DNA of 64,000 nucleotides from Batkoa obscura (Eukaryota): NCBI GenBank assembly GCA_030770535.1, contig JASVEC010000028.1, positions 248,001 to 312,000 of the forward strand, read 5' to 3'. Shown piece by piece: positions 24,210 to 36,344 of this stretch (position 1 is its first letter; each line of letters starts with the position of its first letter). The notes under the pieces were generated by a model. It saw only the letters and a program-made list of their open reading frames with translations, ran no database searches and was not told where the DNA came from. The position numbers and the translations under genes were made by a program.

Positions 24210-24675
24210 TGTGAAATATTGCTTTATTTAGCTCTCGGATTGATTATAACGCAACAATCACTTAAGTTGCTGTGTTCTCAAGTTCAAATACAATCAAGTC
24301 AGAGTCCCTTATTTTGATTTGCTGCGAGAATTTATAACTTCATATTGCAAGGAATAACATCCTCTCGTATTAATATCCATATTTATTGGAGTATAAAAGA
24401 GATTCTTCAATATGATAACTCCAGGCTTTTTTAATTGGATTACTCCCTGATAACGTATCATTAATAAAGTCACTAAGTCTTTCTGACAACATCTGATATA
24501 GATTTTATAGTAGTATCTTCCATTGTATTTGTTTTACATAATTTGTAGCTTACTACATACTATTTCTATTAAGTTAAGTCTACCTTAGTTATATAAACTA
24601 AGACCCTTCGACTCAAGGCAAGTTAATTAAGCAAGAGTAGCTTTTAACTTCGGCCACTAAGTATCAACTTTCACA
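24210..24675 (-). mobile_element. Solo-LTR-like element copy 2
   Basis: TGTGAAA...TTTCACA, 4-bp TSD AAAA, reverse complement of copy 1. Confidence 0.8.
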
Positions 24676-24689
24676 AAAATTTAATATTT

Positions 24690-25233
24690 AAAAAAAAGGT
24701 AAGTATTTTTTAATTAACTGTTTATAATAAGTTAAAAAAATTAATTTTAATGACTAAAATAGACTTATAAATAAAAAATAGTGTATAATAACTAAATGGA
24801 TTATATAAAACAAATAAAAAAATAATTCATAACATTAATAAATTATATATAAAATTAATTAAGAAATAAAAATAGTTGAAAAATAAAATAAAATAATTAA
24901 ACTAAGTATAATAAAATTTAAAAATAAAAGCTATTATATTAAGAAGTTTTTTTATACTTTGTATTAAAGTGATACATATATAAAATATAATAACAATTGT
25001 AGCTTTATATTATAATTACCAAATATAAATATTAAAACATAAAAATAACGTTTTTTATAATCAAAAAGCAAAAAATTTTGTAATGAATTTAAATAAAAAA
25101 CTTGAATTAATTATATATAAATTTACAAACATATTTAATTTTAGTATCAAAATTATTTTAATTTAATCAAATTAATTATGAAAGCTTAATTATTGTTATA
25201 ATTGATTATTAAGTTAATAAAGCAATATTTTAC
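24690..25233 (+). mobile_element. Highly degenerate copy of the solo-LTR-like element
   Basis: Ends TAATAAAGCAATATTTTACA (intact end TAATAAAGCAATATTTCACA); internal TATATAAAACAAATA and ATAGACTTA matches. Left boundary approximate. Confidence 0.5.
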
Positions 25234-25362
25234 ATTTTTTTGTTTTAATGTTTATTAATAGATTTTAACTTGTTTTTTTAATTTTATTATTATTTATGCT
25301 TATTTAATTTCCGAGTTAATGCTTTTACTCAAATTTCAAGTTTTTAAATTACTTTACTTTTT

Positions 25363-25456
25363 ATGCTTTTTTTGGTTTCATTACTTTTTCCATTTTTAAG
25401 CGGTATTTGAGCGGAAAGATCGTTAGTAAAATTCTTAAACAAAAAAATACATCCCC
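25363..25456 (-). mobile_element. MITE family A copy lacking one terminal GGGG
   Basis: Core matches the family; ends CATCCCC-ATAT. Confidence 0.8.
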
Positions 25457-26237
25457 ATATCTCCAAATTATTCAAAAGTTTGTTTAAATTTTAAAAATAA
25501 TGTATAATAAACAAAGTTTCAATTTAAATATAATAAAACTTATATTTATTCATCTAAAATTTTAAAAATTAGTAAAAAAGTTATTAAAACTATTATTAAA
25601 GCTTTTTAATTTTTAATTTTTTTTTTAATAAAATAAAAACCAAAAATTAAGGTTTATTTTATAATATTTATTTAAAAATATTTATAATATATTTAAAATT
25701 AAATAGTTTTATATATTTTAATAAAATTATAGCTATAATATAAATATTACTTTTATTGGTAGATTATATAATAATCCTAGATAAGCTGTTTAGAATTTAT
25801 ATTAAATAAAAAAGTTTTTTTAAATTTATTTATAATAATCTGGAATTAGGCAAATATTATTTGAAAGTAAAAAAATAAAATAACAAGGATTTTAATTAAA
25901 ACTATTAATAATTTTGATTTAAATTATAAAAATCTTTTTTTTTGAAATAATTTTTACAATCTATTTTAATTTTATAAAAGATTAAATTGTTAGAAACTGG
26001 TTAAAGAGTTGTTAAATCCAGTTTAAAAGATTTGGCAATTTTTTTTTAATAATTAATTTTAGTATTTTGATAAAGTGAGTTTTAATCACTATAATAATTA
26101 TTATTATCAACAAGATTAAATTTCTTTCAAATTCTTTGTCAAACTAGAAATATTAAGGCAACCCCTGATACAAGCTAATTATTTTGCTTGTAAATTAAAC
26201 ATCCAATGATTTAACCTAAATCTTTACTTTAACAGAT

Positions 26238-26334
26238 GGGGATGTATTTTTATGTTTAAGAATTTTACTACAATTTTTCCATTCAAATAGCACTTAAAAG
26301 ATGGAAAAAGTGATGAAGCTAAAAAAACGCCCCC
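26238..26334 (+). mobile_element. MITE family A copy
   Basis: GGGGATG...CGCCCCC; flanks AGAT/GGAT. Confidence 0.8.
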
Positions 26335-26699
26335 GGATGGTAATAAAAACATTAAAGATAATGCAATTGAACTAAATGTTGATACAGCTATGATTAGAAC
26401 TTATTTTATCATCAGAAATGGTTGATGTGTTAATGTCTGAATATATTACGCCATTTGTAGCCTTTTTAACTCATTATGATTTATCAGAATTGAGACCATT
26501 TATCAATGTCAAAACGGTTGGTTCTTTAAAGTGAGATGACAACGTACTAAAGGCACTGGTTCAGCTGTAAATTAAGAAGTTATTTTAAAGGTTGTTGCTG
26601 GAATAATTAATAAAAGTACTGATTTTATTCATCATACTTACCCAGCTTCGCTGGAAGAGCTGGTACATTCAATATATGGATGTATGCAAGAACTCCTAA

Positions 26700-27208
26700 A
26701 TAAAAATAATAATAAGTGATTAGAAAGACTCAATCTGAATGTTTAACATTGAGTTTTTTTCAAATTCTTGAAAGGGGCAATATCCCCAAGTGGTTTATTT
26801 AGCAAATGTAAAAACAAATTAGAGAATAGGTGTTAAAGGCTATGATAGGATAATTTTCCTGCCTTTCTGGCTCTTGGCCAGACGAAGTTTGGAGAATTTG
26901 AAATCATTAACTTACACTATTCTTTATTCAACAAATGGGAAATTAGTTGTCAGTCTAATGGGATCCTTGTCAAAGGACAATTTTGTATATAACCAATAGA
27001 TAGCCCATATTACCGACAGACAAGACGATGCAACAAAAGAAGAGCGAAAACAAGAGAGGTAAGAAATGATATCCATAATATTAAATTTAATATTGAGGGG
27101 GCCGAAAATAATAGCAGACACGCAGCTGTACCAAAGAACCTTCAACTTAGAGCAAGTGAAGAGCCTATGATCCAGTGTATCTTCGACTTCAAAACAAGAA
27201 GAACAGAA
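26700..27208 (-). mobile_element. 5'-truncated non-LTR retrotransposon (L1/Tx1-like) 3' remnant
   Basis: Extending ORF 26924-27145 upstream gives CSSCFEVEDTLDHRLFTC (CX2CX8HX4C zf-RVT-like knuckle) followed by LW and IWAIY; (TTA)n-like tail near 26700-26715. Confidence 0.65.
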
Positions 27209-27460
27209 TTAACGTCGAGTATTAAATGTCAATAAATATTAAAGTATAATCAGTTAATAAACATAAGAAATTATATGTTTATTTTATTTAAAAAATATTT
27301 CTAATAAAAATTACTTAAATGAAAGTGTCAACTAATAATCCTTGTTTTAAGATTAAACCAGTCTAATAAGAAAATATCAAAATGAAATAATATATTCACT
27401 TGAATTTATTATATATCAAAACTAACACGGTTAGAAGCAATTTCCATACAAAAAAGAACG

Positions 27461-27646
27461 TTAATCCACAAAACAATCTCTACGACAAGACGATCTACCC
27501 ATTAGATTAAAAGCAAATTTTAATTCACAACTCATTTCACACGATGCAAATTGCATACCATCCATCATTCCAGGGTTACTTATTTCAATTGTTTTTTGAG
27601 ATATTAAGGAAGAGAGATTAATTAGTATCAAATTTAATAATTTCAT
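27461..27646 (-). CDS. Small putative secreted peptide with CX3C-X13-CX3C motif
   Basis: 61-aa ORF with AAACAAATG start, weak signal-like N-terminus, CEMSC...CRRDC, higher GC than flanks. Confidence 0.5.
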   Translation of the reverse strand: MKLLNLILINLSSLISQKTIEISNPGMMDGMQFASCEMSCELKFAFNLMGRSSCRRDCFVD

Positions 27647-27927
27647 TTGTTTATTAATATAATAAATTATGAAAATTGATAATTATTTATACTTTTATGT
27701 TTTTTATAGTGGATTTTTTTAATAAAAATTCCACGTTGATTTGGAATCCTTTTAGTTAAGTTATTTTTTACCCCCACACTTATTATTTTTTTCAAAAGAG
27801 ATTATTGCATTGATGAAAACATACAAAAAAAACTTAATAAAGCATATACTCAATTTAAAGAAAAAGATACAATATCATAATTAACATACACAAAACTTTA
27901 ATTTTATTAACTTTCAATTTAACTACA

Positions 27928-28875
27928 TTAACTAATATTCCAAGGACATTTAAATGAATATGAATTATTTAATTTAGGTTTATAACCTGTCCAAGATACT
28001 AATGGCAGTTCCAAACTAATATGATAATTAAACATTAAATTTTGTTTACTTTCACAAACTTCTCTTAAACCCATTAATTGGTCATTAGAAGTTGAAGAAG
28101 TTCCAGGTAATATTATAGTCACTGGTAATGTCAATGGAGATATATTTTGTGCTTTTAAAGCAACAGGTTTGGGTAATTTACCAGTTAATGAATTCGGAAT
28201 TGTTACCATATTACTTTGTAAATCACCAGTAAGTGTAATTTGGTCAATTACAATATCAATATAATTTAAATTTTGTACTCTTAAATTAATGTTAACTTGA
28301 GCTTGTAAGTTATTACTATTGGATTGAAATAGATTATCAAAACTAGTTTGATCAATTGGAGTATTAGTATTAGTTTGAGTAACTGAAATTAATTCCACTG
28401 TTGGTATTCTTGGCCATAAGAAAAAAGCACCTACACCAATACCAATTAATAATAAAATTGTGAAAATACCACAAATTAACGCTCCAGTACGTGATCGACA
28501 ACAACAACAACAACAACGTATACAACAATTTTTCTTTTTTTTAGGACGTTTATGATGAGAATCATGATGGCTGTGGCGATGTGAAGTAGAATTATAAGCT
28601 ATTTCTTCAGTCGCAGAGAAAGATTTTATAGATTCTTCTTGATAGTTGGATTGAAATCGGTTCTGTGTAGGACTATACATATTTAATCCACTACTCGATA
28701 CTGATACTCGATTGGGGGATCTTAAGTTATCATTAGTAGCCATCGGGGAACTGGGTTTATTATACAAATAACTGGGTATTCGATTATTAGGGTCACAATT
28801 ATTGGATGGTGTATTACCATTACGGGGTGTTGTTTCTCTGGATGCTTTCGAGTTGGTATCATTCAAATAATTCAT
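27928..28875 (-). CDS. Single-pass membrane protein with LEA_2-like domain and juxtamembrane Cys cluster
   Basis: Disordered N-terminus, CCIRCCCCCCR, TM helix, FFLWPRIP, NLRVQNLNYIDI beta domain, terminal C-P. Confidence 0.75.
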   Translation of the reverse strand: MNYLNDTNSKASRETTPRNGNTPSNNCDPNNRIPSYLYNKPSSPMATNDNLRSPNRVSVSSSGLNMYSPTQNRFQSNYQEESIKSFSATEEIAYNSTSHRHSHHDSHHKRPKKKKNCCIRCCCCCCRSRTGALICGIFTILLLIGIGVGAFFLWPRIPTVELISVTQTNTNTPIDQTSFDNLFQSNSNNLQAQVNINLRVQNLNYIDIVIDQITLTGDLQSNMVTIPNSLTGKLPKPVALKAQNISPLTLPVTIILPGTSSTSNDQLMGLREVCESKQNLMFNYHISLELPLVSWTGYKPKLNNSYSFKCPWNIS

Positions 28876-29541
28876 CTTTATTTATATGAGAAGAGATGTT
28901 AAATTAGATAATAGAATAATTTTATTTATAAAAAAAGTTAAAATTTTTGTTTTAAGAGTGTAGTTAAGGATTTTATACTTTATGTGTTAACCCCCTTTTT
29001 CTCTTAATTAATCGATTTAAGACATTTTAATACCTTAATTTTCTCTTTTTTGATAATCCCGTTATTCGTTTCTTGGATCTATTTGAAAAATTCCATGTTT
29101 TTGCTATTTTAATAAAATTCAAGGTTTACTAAATTAGTATTAAAATTTTAGTAAAACTCTTCAAATATAAGATTATTAATGTTTATAATTAAATTTGTTT
29201 ATTATCATTATTATATGAACATTAGTTATAAAAAAAGTATAAAATTATATTCAATCTATATAACTGTAAACAATGCTGAATAAACCCCCATTTTTTAGTA
29301 GCATACAAAAAATAACCCTCAATTAAAGTTAAATTTACTATTTTAGCAATAAAAAAATAAACTTTAACCAAAATAATCATTCAATATAAGCAACCTATTT
29401 TACTTCTTTACCTGATCAAAAATAGCTGCGAAAACATCAAGCTTGAATTTAATTGGTTTCAGCTTATTTCATCCAAATTATCAGATAAAACAAAAACATC
29501 AACCAACACAATTATTACCTTTTAAATATCGATTATAAAAA

Positions 29542-30234
29542 ATGGCTCGTTTCAAAGGAGAAAACACCAAAGTAGCCGCAGCTAAAGAAAAGAAAGCTGC
29601 TGTTAAAGAAGAAAAAGCACAAAAAGAAAAAGCAGTTAAGGATGCGGCTGAAGATGAATATTGGAGTAAAGGGGCGAAGAAGGGGGGTAAAGCTGAAGAT
29701 AAAGAAGCTAAAAAAGCAAGAGAAGCAGCTAAGAAGGCAGAATTAGAGTTACTAAAGAAACAAGAAGAAGAAGAGATAAGTAAGATTAAAGTTAAAAAAA
29801 ATAATAAATTAGCTGGGGATAAAAAGCCAGTTAAAAAGGATGGCTCTTCTTCAGGAATGGATGGATTCTTGAATCAATTAAATGGGAAAGCAGAATATCA
29901 AGCTCGAAATATTGATGATGCTATCGATTTGTTAGATACAATGAATGAAGGTGAACAGACAATTAATATTAAATCTGGTGGCATTGAGTTACATCCAGAA
30001 AGAAGAGCTAAAGCGGCTTATACTCAATTTGAAGCTAAAAGATTACCACTACTTAAAGAAGAAAATAAAGGGTTGAGATTAACTCAATTAAAACAACTGC
30101 TTTGGAAAGAATGGCAAAAATCACCCGAGAATCCATTCAATCAAGCTCATTTAGGTTATAATGCTTCTAGACAGGATAAAGTGGACTTGGTTGACCAGAC
30201 TAGAAAGGATATTGAAAGTCGACTTAAGATTTAA
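29542..30234 (+). CDS. CCDC124: CCDC124/Lso2/Oxs1 family ribosome-associated protein
   Basis: FKGENTK...HPERRAKAAY...LRLTQLKQLLWKEWQKSPENPFNQ signature. Confidence 0.9.
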   Translation: MARFKGENTKVAAAKEKKAAVKEEKAQKEKAVKDAAEDEYWSKGAKKGGKAEDKEAKKAREAAKKAELELLKKQEEEEISKIKVKKNNKLAGDKKPVKKDGSSSGMDGFLNQLNGKAEYQARNIDDAIDLLDTMNEGEQTINIKSGGIELHPERRAKAAYTQFEAKRLPLLKEENKGLRLTQLKQLLWKEWQKSPENPFNQAHLGYNASRQDKVDLVDQTRKDIESRLKI

Positions 30235-30653
30235 GGATTTTTTTTTTGTTATATAAAATTAGGGGGATTTAAATAAGCTATTGGATTTTATTTAGTTTTG
30301 TTTATTATTATTGACATATTTTATCAACTTCGTTTTATTTCAAGTTTCTAATTACTTGACACAATTTCATTATCATTTGCTATTATCATCTATTGTTATC
30401 ATTATTGTTAATCAGATAAATATTCTCTATTATTTTTAAACGTTTTAATCTGAATTATCAGATATAAGAAATTTGTTACTCAGATTCTATTAGGTAAATA
30501 AGATAACCAATGAATTCAAATCTACTGATAGTTATCGAAATTGTTGATGACTCATATTATAAAGATTGAATCATCAAAAAAATAAAATAAACACGATTAT
30601 AAATAAAGAAAATAAAAATTAAGTTTGATAAGTTTCTAAAAGATAAATAAGAA

Positions 30654-31923
30654 ATGTTAAGAAATTTTAATAAATTAGTTGCAACTAAAAGTACTAAGAA
30701 AGTACTTACTTTAAATGGGGTCAAGTATTGTAAGTTATTTAAGATATAAAAATTAGAAATTATTAAAAACTAATTATTAATTACTATCAATAAAGATTCC
30801 AGTAACTCCAGGATCCAAGTCGATAATCCTGTAGTAGATATGGATGGGGATGAAATGACACGTATTATTTGGAAAAAGATAAAAGAAGAAGTAACTTTAT
30901 AACTATTTAATAAGTTCCACAATAACATTAATAATATTCAATTCAACTTAGTTAATCTTACCTTATGTTAACTTGGATATTAAATATTATGATTTGGGTT
31001 TGAAAAATAGAGATTTGGTAATCATAAATTTATAATAACATAATAATAAATTTAATTTAATTTAACTTAATTTTAAAAAATAGACAGAAGATCAAGTCAC
31101 GGTTGATGCTGCTGAAGCGGTCAAAAAATATAATGTAGGAATAAAATGTGCTACAATTACACCAGATGAAGGTCGAGTTAAAGGTGATCTTCTTTTTTCA
31201 ACCCCATTTTTCCTACCATTAATTCAAACTTTAATTGACTATAGAATATAATTTAAAATCAATGTATCGCTCACCTAATGGAACGATTCGTAATATTTTA
31301 GGAGGAACTATATTCAGAGAACCTATTGTATTAAATAGTGTACCTAAAATTGTACCTGGATGGAAAAAACCAATTATTATTGGTCGACATGCGTTTGGGG
31401 ATCAAGTAAATATTGGAATTAAATAATATTGAAATATCTAACTTATGATTGAATATTAGTATCGTGCTACAGATTTAATTATTGATGAGCCAGGTAAATT
31501 AACAATGAGATTTACTCCTAAAGATGGAAGTAAACAGCCCACTACATATGAAATTTATGATTTCAAAGTAAAATACTTTTAAGTAAGTTTGATCTTAAAT
31601 TAATATCTATCTACTTTATTAGGGTCCTGGTGTTGCTTTAGGAATGTATAATATTGATGAAGTAAGATATAATAATAAGAATAATACATAATAATAATTA
31701 AATTATTTATTAATTATATTTTATTTTATTTTAGTCGATTAAAGCATTTGCTCATTCTTGCTTTCAATTAGCTATCTTAAAAAAAAATCCATTATATTTA
31801 AGTACTAAAAATACAATTTTAAAAAAATATGATGGTAGATTTATGCAAATATTTCAACAAATTTATGAAAGGTAAATAAGATTATTATTGTTATTATTAT
31901 TGTTATTATTATTATTGTTATTA

Positions 31924-31957
<34 letters not shown>

Positions 31958-32955
31958 GTTTTATTTTATATATTAATACTAACTATTTATATTTATATTT
32001 ATATTTATATTAATTTTTAATCTATTTTTTATATTTAATTAGTGATTATAAATCTCAATTTGAATCTTTAAATATTTGGTATGAACATCGGTTAATTGAT
32101 GATTTAGTTGCCTTTGCTTTAAAATCTAATGGTGGTTTTGTTTGGGCGGCTAAAAATTATGATGGGTAAAAAAAAGATTGATTTTAATATTCTATTACAT
32201 TTATTAATTAATATTAATTTTATTTAGTGATGTACAAGTAAATACAAAATATAGAATTAATTGAAATTTAAAGTTTATTAATGAATTTTTTTTAAATTAT
32301 TTAGTCTGATATTTTAGCTCAAGGTAATTAATTTAATTAATACTAATTAATATTATATTATATTATATTATATTCATTAATTTATAATTTAGGTTTTGGT
32401 TCCCTTGGTTTAATGACTAGTTATTTGATTTCACCTGATGGTAAAACCATGGAAACTGAAGCTGCTCATGGTGATTTTAATAATTTTATTTTTATTAATT
32501 ATATTCGTTAATATTCTATTATAGGTACTGTTACCCGTCATTACAGAGAACATCAAAAAGTAAGTTTATATTTTAACTTAACCTTTTCTCTTCAATTAAC
32601 TAAAACTTTAATTTTTTCTTTTTCTTTAGGGTAATGAAACCAGTACCAACTCTATTGCTTCTATTTTTGCATGGACTCGAGGATTAGCTCATCGAGCTAA
32701 ATTAGATAATAATTCTAAATTATTACAATTTAGTAATAATTTAGAAAAAGCTACTTTAGATACCGTAGATGTAGATGGTAAAATGACTAAAGATTTAGCA
32801 TTAGCTATTCATGGGGATAAGTAAATATTTTTTGAGTAAAGCTAAGGTGAAGAGATATTAATTGATTATTTATTAGGTTGAATAGAAGCCATTATGTTAA
32901 TACAGAAGAATTTTTAAATCTTGTAGCTCAAAGGGTTAAAAAGGAGTTGAATTAA
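30654..32955 (+). CDS. IDP1: NADP-dependent isocitrate dehydrogenase, probably mitochondrial (15 exons)
   Basis: Spliced motifs [73 protein letters not shown]; basic N-terminal presequence MLRNFNKL. Confidence 0.93.
31882..31957 (+). repeat. (TTA/TTG)n microsatellite in an IDH intron
   Basis: About 25 trinucleotide units. Confidence 0.85.
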
Positions 32956-33387
32956 TTGGGGACAGATTTTTGATGATATTGAAATAAAGGAAGAATTTTA
33001 AATTATTTTTATTTTATTTTATTTTATTTTATTTTACTTTTGTTACATTCTTTAAATATATAAATCATAGTTTCTAAACTATTAAATAATCATTTGTAAC
33101 TTAATACTATTGTAAATACATTATTACTTTATGTTATAATAACATTGAAATCAACCGATTTGGACCTGAATTTTATATTTTGAATTTCTCCTTAAAAGTA
33201 AGAGATAATTATCCTATTGATTTAATTGGTTAATTTTGACCATGTCAACACATTAAGAAGTGGCTTAAAGACAATTTTTAAATTTAAAAAAAATAATACT
33301 ATTTTATAAAATCAAAAGAAAGTAAATTCAAACAAAACAATCAATTTAAATATAAACTAATTTAAGTCATTAGATAATACATAAAAA

Positions 33388-35295
33388 ATGACTAGTTTAA
33401 GAAGTGGAATATTAATCTCTCCCCAATTAGATACCTTTATACGTGAAGAACGTTCAAAAGATACTTCTTCAGTTCATCTAATCCAAATCAAAGTCACTGA
33501 TTCCACTCTAGTCCTAGATACCTTTTCTGAAGGTTCGATCCCCATCACTATGACCACTTTCATTGATTCCATAGCTCCTAAAGAAGCACGTTTCTATTTC
33601 TTACGAGTAAGTAAAGATCAATGGTGTTTTGTATCCTATATCCCTGATGGTACAGTTAAAATAAAAGAAAGAATGTTGTATGCGAGTTCAAAACAACAAT
33701 TAAAAGATTTATTTGGCAGTAAGTTTATTTTATCGGATCACCATTTTACAAGTGTTTTGGAGATTAAGTCTTCTGGGGAGTATTTAAGTAGAGTATTGGG
33801 ACCAGCGAGTGGGGGTATAAAGGGAGGAAATAAGTTAGCTGATAGAATGAAAAATTTAAAAGTTACAGGGGAAGAAAGGAAGGCCCTTTTATCTAAAGTG
33901 GAATTAAGTAGGGAAGAAGCGGTAAGTTTTTAGTAATTTTATAGTAATTTTTATAGTAATATTTCACTTTTGAAATAAATATTGATATTTCATTTTTTTA
34001 TGCTAATTAGAGAGAACAAGAAGATACTGCAAGAGAGGAAATTGCTAAAGCCTTATTAAATAGAGGAAATGAAGGTGGTAATCAACCCAATTTAGCTACA
34101 TTTAATTCAGGTGGATTTCATCAAGTGGCTATACCATTATTCGAGAATACTAAACAAAGTATTCGAAAGTTAGGTTTGGGTGAATTGGCTTGGATTGAAA
34201 TGGTAATTTTCATTTTTTTTATAGTGTTAATAAGAAATAGAATAATATGAGTTTAATATGAATTGATTTAATATTAATTTATTGAATTTAATTAGGCTGT
34301 TACAGATAAAAAAGATGGAATTGAAGTAATCTCTGAAAAAAATAATGATCAAATTCAATTTTGGAAAAAAGAAAGTTTAATCCCATTTCCTGAACATAAC
34401 GAACCTAGATTTTATCTAACGGTTACTGGAGAACAATATCCAAAAGAAGTTGAAAAGAAAGAAATATCTAGAAATATAAAACCTTCAACAATGAAACAAC
34501 ATACTTGGCCTATTGTAAATGAAAATAATAAAATTACGGATGAAGAATTTAAAGATAATGATAAAGAAAAGGAAGAGGATAGTAAAAGTGATAAAGGAGA
34601 AATGGAAAGTCCAATTGAAGAAAAAGATGGATTAGTTGAAGAAAATAATAATAATAATGAAGAGCAAGAACAAGAACAAGAAGTAGTAGAAGAACAAGAA
34701 GTAAAAAGTAAGATTCGTACAGATCTTACATATGGTAACTATTTATTCATTGTTATTATTATTATTATATATTTGTCTTTTATTATTAATTTATAGTACT
34801 TATTTATTCTTGTCCGCCAACTTCACCACCAAGGTTAAGAATGGTATATTCGACTACTGTAGCTCAATTAATTACACAAATTCAAAAAGAAGACATACCG
34901 TTAAATTATAAGGTAAATATAATATTATGATAATTATAATAATAATATTTATTGATTTAATTTACATTTTTCCTTAATATTAGATTGAATTATTTGATAG
35001 TATACCAAAATTTCAACAAAAATATCAACTTTTGTACGATAAAATTAATAATAAAGAAAGTGGAGGAGTATTTAAATTGGATACTAAATTATCTTTATCT
35101 CATTTAGTTCATTCTTCTCATCAACAACATAAATTAGATATTAAAAGAGATCAAGAATTTGAAAATTTAAGACCTAAATTTGGTAAGGGATTAGCAGCCA
35201 ATAATGGTCCACATCCATTATTTGGTGGAATAGCATTGGCCGGGATGACTAATGATAGGAATCAAGCGAAAAATGATTTGTTTGAGAGGAAATAA
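33388..35295 (+). CDS. TWF1: Twinfilin-like actin regulator (two ADF-H domains, 5 exons)
   Basis: MTSLRSGI; EARFYF...FVSYIPD...KIKERMLYASSK; second domain EPRFY...FIYSCPPTSPPRLRMVYST; tail LRPKFGKG. Confidence 0.78.
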
Positions 35296-36344
35296 ATTAA
35301 GTGAGGATGTTTAATTGAAATAAAGCGTTAAAGTTTTTTTGGTTTTATGTGATTTGAGTTTGTGTTGGACTTTGAGCTTATTTAATATTTAGTTATTATA
35401 GTTTAATTTAGAGAATTTAAAAGTTTTAAAGTTTTAAGATAAGATTATTGACAATTTAATGTTTAAATGCTAATCCTTTTTAAACAAACAAACGCAAAGC
35501 ATTTTGAATAAAAAATAACCTTAAACCGATACAATATAATAATAGTATAGAATATCGGTTTTAATTTACAAATTATATCATAAGTAAAATTAATAAATCA
35601 TTAAATTATGAATTGATAATTTAATTCAAGTTATAAATAAAATAAAAAGATACTGAATAATTGAGTAATCTCAAATAAATCAATTGTTTAAATGCTATAA
35701 AATGATTCATTTTTAATATATTAAAATCAACAATTAAATTTTAAATTTTAAATAATAAGGTACTAGAACTTTAAATTTGATTTATTCTTAAATTAATTTT
35801 TATTAAATCTTACATTAAATTTAGTTATGGTGTAAGATGACCCCAATATTGGTAAAGAATATAATATTAATATTAATCTTCTTAAATGCTAATATAGTTG
35901 TTTATTTAATATTTTATTTTTAATATTCAAACATTTTCTAAATGATAATTTAATAAATGCAATTCTGTTAAATCATAAAAATGAATAAACATTTTATTTT
36001 TTTAGTTAGAACTAAAAATAAAAACTCAAGATTTCATTGAGTTACTAATAAAATTGAACCCTTTTCATCTGATAAAGTTTTATAAAAATGAAATCTAACA
36101 CTTGGCAAATTAAGCTTTAATAGAGATATAAGACTCAAATCAATCCAATTTATTCACATGATTTCTACTATCCATCCATAATTAAAAACTTGAACAAAAT
36201 GTTAAAAAACTTGCAAATTTCGAAGCCCAAATTAGTAAGCTATAAAAGTAAAGCAATAAATGTAAAATTCTCGAATCCCGATTGGAATTTTTTTATACTC
36301 ATTTGCTTTACACTTAATATCCCAATCTAATTCCCCTTAAAAAA

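Noticed and set aside
26340..26697. Coding-like, higher-GC stretch beside the LINE remnant
   Set aside because: Interrupted by stops, with no recognisable motif; may be a decayed element but cannot be supported.
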